49,207 nt of DNA, from contig JAYVTZ010000002.1 in the NCBI GenBank assembly GCA_043788365.1, positions 1 to 49,207 on the forward strand, read 5' to 3'. A model generated the notes under the pieces. The model searched no databases, was not told the origin of the DNA, and saw only the letters and a list, made by a program, of their open reading frames with translations. Shown piece after piece: positions 18,632 through 24,311 of this stretch. The stretch's first letter is position 1; each line of letters begins with the position of its first letter. Both the position numbers and the translations under genes were made by a program. The DNA is from Burkholderiaceae bacterium. Lineage in GTDB: Bacteria; Patescibacteriota; Saccharimonadia; Saccharimonadales; AQU-01.

Positions 18632-18644
18632 CAATCCGTTCAAT

Positions 18645-18719
18645 GCGGGTGTCGTACAACGGCCAGTATATGAGTTTTCCAAACTCAGGACGAGGGTTCG
18701 ATTCCCTCCACCCGCACCA
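18645..18719 (+). tRNA. tRNA-Gly (anticodon TCC), CCA encoded
   Basis: Acceptor GCGGGTG/CACCCGC, anticodon stem TGAGT/ACTCA with loop TTTCCAA, T arm GAGGG-TTCGATT-CCCTC. Confidence 0.9.
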
Positions 18720-18730
18720 ACAATAGGTAT

Positions 18731-18807
18731 GCCCCGGTAGCTCAGCGGATTAGAGCAATGGGCTTCTATCCCACAGGTCGGGGGTTCGATTCCCTCCCGG
18801 GGTACCA
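18731..18807 (+). tRNA. tRNA-Arg (anticodon TCT), CCA encoded
   Basis: Acceptor GCCCCGG/CCGGGGT, D arm GCTC..GAGC, anticodon loop CTTCTAT (one A-C mismatch at the top of the stem), T arm GGGGG-TTCGATT-CCCTC. Confidence 0.85.
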
Positions 18808-18988
18808 ATATGAAAACGCTCAGCTTCAGCTGGGCTTTTTATATTGGTCATCTCTGGGCGGGAGGGAATCGAACGGGAATGTCCTAGCGGACATTCCCCG
18901 CCCTTGGTCCGGCAACTAGTTGCCGGATGGCTATGGCCAGAAGTAATTTTCTTTTGGCCAGCTAGGTCGATTCCCTCCCGGGGTACCA
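18808..18988 (+). repeat. structured module U1 ending in an exact 22-nt copy of the tRNA-Arg(TCT) 3' end
   Basis: Terminator hairpin, GGTCATCTCTGGGCGGGAGGGAATCGAAC, then hairpins at 18875-18898, 18908-18927 and 18934-18960, then TCGATTCCCTCCCGGGGTACCA (18967-18988). Homologous to 20041-20216. Confidence 0.8.
18813..18841 (+). terminator. rho-independent terminator after tRNA-Arg(TCT)
   Basis: GCTCAGC-TTCA-GCTGGGC followed by TTTTT. The outer stem extends to pair ACCAATATGAAAA (including the tRNA CCA end) with TTTTTATATTGGT. Confidence 0.65.
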
Positions 18989-19223
18989 AATTAAAAGACT
19001 CGCCGTAAGGTGGGTCTTTTGATTTGGTTACTTGAGTGTATTGATCCCCCGACCGCGACAGCTTGCTGGCGCAAGGTCGGGAGTTCGCTATTCAGTCTAA
19101 TGCCCGAGATTTATCTCGGCGCATAGATTGAATATACCCTAGTATTCCCTCCCGTCAGGCGATGACCATGCCCAAAAGTAATTTTCTTCTGGCCAGCCAG
19201 GTCGATTCCCGCTTGGTGTTCCA
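18989..19223 (+). repeat. module U3: second terminator hairpin, pseudo tRNA-Arg 3' half with an insertion in the T-loop, and a diverged tRNA 3'-end copy
   Basis: AAAAGACTCGCC-GTAA-GGTGGGTCTTTT hairpin. AAGGTCGGGAGTTCG (19073-19087) and ATTCCCTCCCG (19144-19154) are separated by a 56-nt palindromic insert. A TAATTTT-loop hairpin (19170-19194) is followed by GGTCGATTCCCGCTTGGTGTTCCA (19200-19223). Confidence 0.7.
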
Positions 19224-19310
19224 ATTCAACACATCAGATTGTTCTAGTTCGAGCATTTCAAGCTTTTGACTACTTGTATCTGTTATTTAGTTCGAATCTT
19301 AATTGCTCCG

Positions 19311-19319
19311 TGCTAAGAT
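19311..19319 (+). promoter_or_regulatory. extended -10 promoter candidate (TGcTAAGAT) giving a leaderless methyltransferase mRNA
   Basis: TGCTAAGAT ends 6 nt before the ATG at 19326. There is no SD. The element is the same type as the one upstream of HTH-murA. Confidence 0.35.
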
Positions 19320-19325
19320 GGGTGC

Positions 19326-20018
19326 ATGCGAAAACAAAAGCAAATTTGGCTTTCAGAACATACCAATCAGACGACCTTACCAACGATGGCAAATGTAGAG
19401 CCCGCTAGTGGGGTAGTGTTATTCACAGATTGGCTAAACGATAACGGGATTAATTTTGTGGGCAACGCTGTAGATATTGGCTCTGGTAAAGGTCGTAATA
19501 GCGTCCATCTGGCTAAGCTTGGTTACGAAGTGTGGGGTTTGGAATATATAGAGCTAGCAGTTGATTCAGCGAAACAGTTAGCAGACAAAAATGATGTTGG
19601 TAGCAAAGTTCACTTTGAAATTTGTGAAGTTGATTCTGGCTGGAAAATTGAAAATAATTTCTTCGACATCGCTATAGATTCGTTCTCCAGTATCGATATC
19701 GAAACAAAAGAAGGTCGTGAAAAATGTAGAGACGAGATGTACCGTACGCTCAAATCCGGTGGATATGCACTCGTAACTGTCTGCTCATCGGATGATGAGT
19801 GGGAAAAGGAACTCATTTCAAAACATCCAGGTCCAGAGCCTAATAGTACGATTTGGCCACAGAATGGTAAGTTTCAAAAAGACTACGACGAATTAGAACT
19901 TAGAGAATTTTATAAAAAGTTCGAAGCTGTTGATTTAAAGAAAATTAGCAAACCAGCCTTCAAGTTAGAACGCGAAGGTACGGCTACCAACTTGTGGCTT
20001 GTGCTACGCAAAAAATAG
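19326..20018 (+). CDS. class I SAM-dependent methyltransferase
   Basis: Motif I VDIGSGKGRNSVHLA, an acidic residue at the end of beta-2 (GLE), and the post-I/II pattern typical of small-molecule methyltransferases (TehB/UbiE-like). Confidence 0.75.
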   Translation: MRKQKQIWLSEHTNQTTLPTMANVEPASGVVLFTDWLNDNGINFVGNAVDIGSGKGRNSVHLAKLGYEVWGLEYIELAVDSAKQLADKNDVGSKVHFEICEVDSGWKIENNFFDIAIDSFSSIDIETKEGREKCRDEMYRTLKSGGYALVTVCSSDDEWEKELISKHPGPEPNSTIWPQNGKFQKDYDELELREFYKKFEAVDLKKISKPAFKLEREGTATNLWLVLRKK

Positions 20019-20040
20019 TTCTAACCTCTGCAAGAATACT

Positions 20041-20216
20041 GTACCAATATGAAAACTCTCAGCTTTAGCTGGGCTTTTTATATTGGTCATCTCTTGGCGG
20101 GAGGGAATCGAACGGGAATGCATCAGCATGCATTCCCCGCCCTTGGCTTTTCAGCTGTGCCGAAAAGTTGTCATGGACGAATATAATTTTTATTCGTTCG
20201 ACAAGGTCGATTCCCT
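20041..20216 (+). repeat. structured module U2 (paralog of U1), starting with GTACCA and ending with a truncated tRNA-Arg T-arm copy
   Basis: The first ~80 nt are nearly identical to 18802-18881 (3 differences seen). The hairpins at 20114-20137, 20147-20167 and 20175-20199 have different sequences but the same positions. Ends with GGTCGATTCCCT (20205-20216). Confidence 0.8.
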
Positions 20217-20271
20217 TATTCTATAAAAATCCGACACGGATTGAGACAATATTCACTCTCAAAATAAAAAG

Positions 20272-20300
20272 TTGTTAAACTGCCCGTTTTAAGTTATAAT
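20272..20300 (+). promoter_or_regulatory. sigma70 promoter for the tRNA-His cassette
   Basis: TTGTTA (20272-20277), a 17-nt spacer, then TATAAT (20295-20300). Confidence 0.6.
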
Positions 20301-20447
20301 CACCCCTGTTCTTATTGTCTATTGTCTTATCCGAAATCACGAGAGGATTCGTGATTTCGAGAGGAGGAAGCTTTGTGGGGTTACTAATTTTGCGGAGCAA
20401 ATTTATTTTGTCGGCGAAATAGTAACTGCACAATTACATTCCGACGA
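20301..20447 (+). promoter_or_regulatory. conserved structured 5' leader of tRNA-His
   Basis: Hairpin GAAATCACG-AGAGGATT-CGTGATTTC (20333-20358), GAGAGGAGGAAGCTTTGT, the long-range stem GTTACTA/TAGTAAC, and the 17-mer ACAATTACATTCCGACG (20430-20446). Homologous to 28581-28778. Confidence 0.7.
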
Positions 20448-20525
20448 GGCGAGCTTAGCTCAGTTGGTTAGAGCGCCGGGTTGTGGTTCCGGAGGTCGTG
20501 GGTTCAATTCCCATAGTTCGCCCCA
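20448..20525 (+). tRNA. tRNA-His (anticodon GTG) with encoded G-1 and CCA
   Basis: G-1 then acceptor GCGAGCT/AGTTCGC, discriminator C, anticodon stem CCGGG/TCCGG with loop TTGTGGT, T arm GTGGG-TTCAATT-CCCAT. Confidence 0.9.
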
Positions 20526-20528
20526 TAT

Positions 20529-20555
20529 TAAAAAGTCTCACACAGTGAGGCTTTT
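20529..20555 (+). terminator. rho-independent terminator after tRNA-His
   Basis: AAAAAGTCTCAC-ACA-GTGAGGCTTTTT. The outer stem pairs GCCCCATATT (the tRNA 3' end) with AATATGGGC. Confidence 0.65.
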
Positions 20556-20705
20556 TAATATGGGCAAGCTCGTGGCATGGACTTCCACGACACGAGAGCT
20601 TTAGCTCACGTTAGTCGTGGCAATCAATAATTAGTCTTAGCCCCATAGCTCCAACGGAGCGGGCGGCTGGATTAATTTCACGCCGGTATTCCATAGTTCG
20701 CCCCA
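20556..20705 (+). other. tRNA-His trailer module ending in a duplicated tRNA-His 3' end
   Basis: Structured stretch, conserved AGCGGGCGGCTGGATTAAT (20658-20676), then ATTCCATAGTTCGCCCCA (20688-20705), compared with the tRNA's ATTCCCATAGTTCGCCCCA. Confidence 0.7.
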
Positions 20706-20708
20706 TTT

Positions 20709-20735
20709 AAAAAGTCTCAGAAAGTGAGGCTTTTT
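20709..20735. terminator. second terminator hairpin (near-copy of 20529-20555), also placed to terminate the convergent oxidoreductase gene
   Basis: AAAAAGTCTCAG-AAA-GTGAGGCTTTTT, lying 19 nt from the stop of 20754..21692. Confidence 0.6.
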
Positions 20736-20753
20736 AAATTTTAGACAACGTGA

Positions 20754-21692
20754 TTAACCATTTATTGAAATAGCCACCTTGCCTTTTATAGAGCCACTTT
20801 CACGTGCCTCAAATGCTTCTTTAATCTGATCAAGTGTAAAGATTTTATCAACATGGACAGTCACGACCCCATCATTAATTAATTTGGCCAGCTCACCTAA
20901 CTGCTCTGTTGAAGTGTGGGTCGATTGGTAGATTGCAGTCACACCAAACTTTTCGGATAACTCAGTGTTGGGCTGAGCCGCCATAGATACGATTACGCCA
21001 CCCTTTTTCAAAACAACAAATGACTTGTCGTAAGTTTCACCGCCAACGGTGTCAAAAACGGCGTCATAGTCTTTAACTATGTCTTCAAACTTTTGAGATT
21101 TATAATCAATGACTTCGTCGGCGCCCTGGCCTTTGGCAAACTCAACACCGTCACCTGTCGCGGTTGTCGTGACGTATACGCCTAGATGTTTGGCTAGTTG
21201 GATTGCAACAGACCCAATACCACCAGCGCCGCCATGGACTAATATCTTCTGACCTGACTGTAGTTTCATGTGTTCGTAAATGACTTGGTAAGCACTAAGT
21301 CCTGTCAATACAATAGCTGCCGCATCGGTATAGTTTAGCTCGGTCGGCATTTTACCAACTTGACTAGCATTAGTTAAAGCAAATTCCGCAAATGCGCCAC
21401 TACTGCCACCAACCACGTTAGCCTGTCCGTATACTTTATCTCCAACTGTAAAATCAGAAACACCCGAACCAACTTCAGTAATTACACCAGCGATATCGCC
21501 ACCAAGTGTAACCGGCAAAGTTAGGGGAATCATATCTTTTAGATAGCCTTCACGCACCATAGTATCAAAAGGATTAATGCTACTTGCATGAACTTCTACT
21601 AAAATCTGACCTTCTCCTGCAACTGGTTTAGTAGTTTCTTGAACCTTAACGGTATCGGCATGTCCGTACTGATTAATTTGTGCTGCTTTCAT
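20754..21692 (-). CDS. NADPH:quinone oxidoreductase / zinc-type medium-chain dehydrogenase family
   Basis: MDR fold with the nucleotide-binding motif VHGGAGGIGSVAIQLAK and an N-terminal GroES-like domain. Confidence 0.8.
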   Translation of the reverse strand: MKAAQINQYGHADTVKVQETTKPVAGEGQILVEVHASSINPFDTMVREGYLKDMIPLTLPVTLGGDIAGVITEVGSGVSDFTVGDKVYGQANVVGGSSGAFAEFALTNASQVGKMPTELNYTDAAAIVLTGLSAYQVIYEHMKLQSGQKILVHGGAGGIGSVAIQLAKHLGVYVTTTATGDGVEFAKGQGADEVIDYKSQKFEDIVKDYDAVFDTVGGETYDKSFVVLKKGGVIVSMAAQPNTELSEKFGVTAIYQSTHTSTEQLGELAKLINDGVVTVHVDKIFTLDQIKEAFEARESGSIKGKVAISING

Positions 21693-21768
21693 ATTCTACC
21701 CTCACTTCAATTTATTTAGTATTGTTACTATCAATTGTATAGTATTAAAAACTTCTGGTCAATTTTAA

Positions 21769-22347
21769 TTACCTAGCAACAATGCGCCGCACTACTAATA
21801 GTAAATGTTGGTAGTGGCTTGTGCAGTACCAAATATCAATTGAGAGAATTATGAGAAAGATGACCTTTTCCATTATTTTACCAGTCGTAATTCGTAAACT
21901 TTTTAGGGGTGGAAAACCAAATTTGACTGGGATTGGCAATAACCAGGGCACGCCCTCTTTGGTAAGCGTATCCATAATTAGGTGCGACAACATACCAACA
22001 ATGAACGCCCACCAAACTAAAACAATATTTACATGATACATTATAGGATGAATAAAATTAAGAAGTAATCGGCTTAGTAATCCAAATAGCGAGACGCCTA
22101 ATAATGAGTGAGTCAAGAAACGGTGACCACCAAATGATTTACCAACAATTCTGCCAAAAAAATGTCCCTCAGGTAGATTATGCCAAAGTGGTGCAGTTGG
22201 CTGGTCAATATCTGGTGCAATGCCACCAACCTGATTGGCGATAAGGGCAATTAAAACTGTTGCGAGGCTAGCGTCTCCAATTGGATAGATAACCAAAAGC
22301 GCACCAAGAGCGGAAATTGCGGCTAGGTCATGCGTGCGAGCAGTCAT
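21769..22347 (-). CDS. membrane-bound metal-dependent hydrolase (YdjM/DUF457-like)
   Basis: Polytopic small protein with the THD start motif (MTARTHD), conserved His/Asp residues (PDIDQ, HRFLTHS) and an HLxMD motif. Confidence 0.55.
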   Translation of the reverse strand: MTARTHDLAAISALGALLVIYPIGDASLATVLIALIANQVGGIAPDIDQPTAPLWHNLPEGHFFGRIVGKSFGGHRFLTHSLLGVSLFGLLSRLLLNFIHPIMYHVNIVLVWWAFIVGMLSHLIMDTLTKEGVPWLLPIPVKFGFPPLKSLRITTGKIMEKVIFLIILSIDIWYCTSHYQHLLLVVRRIVAR

Positions 22348-22445
22348 GACTTTATTGTATCAAGTCATGCTCTATAAGGAGATTATTTGCTATAATAACC
22401 TGAGGAAATATGTTTTTGACTAATTGATGCCTGGGGAGTTCCGAT

Positions 22446-24311
22446 ATGCGAAAAAGACTAAAAAGTCTGATCAAATTCTTTAATACCTACAAACAGTTGG
22501 GATTTGTAACCTTCTCGATTCTAATTGCTCTGCCACTAGATATTCTGGGACAACACACCGCTGCTCATATTATTCTAATTGCCAGTGCTACGCTTAACGT
22601 TGCGCCCCTTTTATGGAGCATGGTTCGCGACATGCGAGAAGGCACCTACGGCGTTGATATTTTAGCCGCCACAGCTATTATCACATCCGTATTATTAAAA
22701 GAATACTGGGCCGGCATGATAATTATCTTAATGCTAACGAGTGGCGTATCGCTCGAAGATTATGCCGGTCGCCGCGCCAAAACTGAACTGACAGCATTAC
22801 TTAGGCGTGCCCCTGTCATCGCACACCTGATTCGTGGCCGAAAGATCATTGACGTCAAAGTTAGTGTTATCAAAACAGGCGACAAGCTAGTGATCAAACC
22901 CGGGGAAGTTGTGCCGGTTGACGCTATTATTATTGAGGGTCTGTCTAGTTTTGATGAGTCCAGTCTTACCGGCGAAAGCCTACCGGTCAGTAAAAAGGTC
23001 GGCGATCAGCTTCTCAGCGGTTCGATCAATATAGAGGGGGCGCTAACTGTTAGGGCGATTCATTCAGCCAATGACAGTCAGTACCAGCAAATTATTAAAC
23101 TCGTAAAATCGGCTTCAGCTAGCAAAGCACCATTTGTACGATTGACTGATAAATACAGTATCCCTTTCACGATTATATCTTTTGTAATAGCCGGCGTAGC
23201 GTGGTCAATTAGTGGTGAGCCAATCAGGTTCTTAGAAGTTATAGTTGTAGCCACTCCCTGTCCATTGATATTAAGCGCTCCGATTGCCTTAATCAGCGGC
23301 ATGAGCCGTGCAGCCAAGCACGGCATCATTGTTAAGACTGGATCAGCTATGGAGCGCCTGGCAGCCATTAAGACCTTAGCCCTTGATAAAACAGGTACGC
23401 TTACAAAAGGCCAGCCTGAAGTCGATCAAATTATCGTATTTAATGGCTTTGAATCTGATGAGGTTTTGAGTTTAGTCTCCGCATTAGAAAAGAACTCAAA
23501 CCATGTTCTCGCAAAAGCTGTAACGACTAGAGCTGCCAACGATAAGGTTAAAGTCATCAAAGCCAAGAAGGTCAAAGAAATTACTGGCAAAGGCCTAGAA
23601 GCAAACATTGGCGGCAAAGACATTCTGGTTGGACGATTTAGCTTGATGGAAGAGTATGATATCGATTTACCTGTAGACTTTAAGTTCAAGTCAGTCGAGG
23701 CTACAGCCGCCTACCTTGCAGTTAACGGTAAACTTGCTGGTCTGATTACATTTAAAGACGAAATCAGACATGACACTAAACAAACACTAAATGACTTGAG
23801 CGATCTTGGAATCAAAAATTTCTTGATGGTAACTGGCGATAACCGCGCAACTGCTCTTGCCGTTGCAGAACAATTTAGCATTACTCAGGTGGTCTATGAA
23901 GCGCTGCCAGCAGATAAGATTTCGGCCATCGAAGCGGTCACGATTAGACCAGTCGGGTTTGTAGGTGACGGCGTCAATGACGCGCCTGTTTTGGCAGCAT
24001 CTGACTTAGGTATTGCTCTAGGCGCCAGGGGATCAACTGCTGCCAGTGAGTCAGCCGATGTCGTCATAATGACCGACAGCATTTCTCAGGTTGCAAATGC
24101 TGTCAAAATTGCTAAACGCACTTTCTTCATAGCTCGGCAAAGCATCTTAATTGGTATTGGTATGAGTATCGTGCTGATGCTTATTTTCTCAACTGGTCAG
24201 TTCAAACCTGTATATGGTGCAATGATCCAAGAGCTCGTAGACGTAGTGGTTATTTTCAACTCGTTGCGGGCCCATGGAAGTTGGCGTAAAAAACAAACTA
24301 CCGCTAGCTAA
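22446..24311 (+). CDS. P1B-type heavy-metal-translocating ATPase without an N-terminal metal-binding domain
   Basis: TGES (SLTGES), DKTGTLT, GDGVNDAP. The TM6 metal motif reads ATPCPL rather than CPC. There is no CxxC ferredoxin-like N-domain. Confidence 0.85.
   Translation: MRKRLKSLIKFFNTYKQLGFVTFSILIALPLDILGQHTAAHIILIASATLNVAPLLWSMVRDMREGTYGVDILAATAIITSVLLKEYWAGMIIILMLTSGVSLEDYAGRRAKTELTALLRRAPVIAHLIRGRKIIDVKVSVIKTGDKLVIKPGEVVPVDAIIIEGLSSFDESSLTGESLPVSKKVGDQLLSGSINIEGALTVRAIHSANDSQYQQIIKLVKSASASKAPFVRLTDKYSIPFTIISFVIAGVAWSISGEPIRFLEVIVVATPCPLILSAPIALISGMSRAAKHGIIVKTGSAMERLAAIKTLALDKTGTLTKGQPEVDQIIVFNGFESDEVLSLVSALEKNSNHVLAKAVTTRAANDKVKVIKAKKVKEITGKGLEANIGGKDILVGRFSLMEEYDIDLPVDFKFKSVEATAAYLAVNGKLAGLITFKDEIRHDTKQTLNDLSDLGIKNFLMVTGDNRATALAVAEQFSITQVVYEALPADKISAIEAVTIRPVGFVGDGVNDAPVLAASDLGIALGARGSTAASESADVVIMTDSISQVANAVKIAKRTFFIARQSILIGIGMSIVLMLIFSTGQFKPVYGAMIQELVDVVVIFNSLRAHGSWRKKQTTAS

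Noticed and set aside
18608-18989. Two minus-strand track ORFs (18608..18808 and 18750..18989), both starting MVPREGI.
   Set aside because: They are the reverse complement of tRNA-Gly, tRNA-Arg and the duplicated tRNA 3' end. The shared MVPREGI simply translates the repeated GGTACCCCGGGAGGGAATCGA. No RBS is present, and the RNA genes explain the sequence.
18808-19223. An intron-containing or split/permuted tRNA gene as the explanation for the duplicated 3' ends.
   Set aside because: The upstream tRNA-Arg, tRNA-His and tRNA-Pro genes are complete and fold canonically with encoded CCA. The downstream fragments lack any 5' half (acceptor 5' strand, D arm, anticodon arm).
20375-20422. Small ORFs behind the strong SD-like GAGAGGAGGAA boxes in the tRNA leaders (GTG 20375..20422, 15 aa; ATG 28708..28800, 30 aa, running into tRNA-Pro).
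   Set aside because: The two peptides share no similarity. The nucleotide-level stems covary and the Pro ORF reads into the tRNA. Conservation is at the RNA-structure level, not the coding level.
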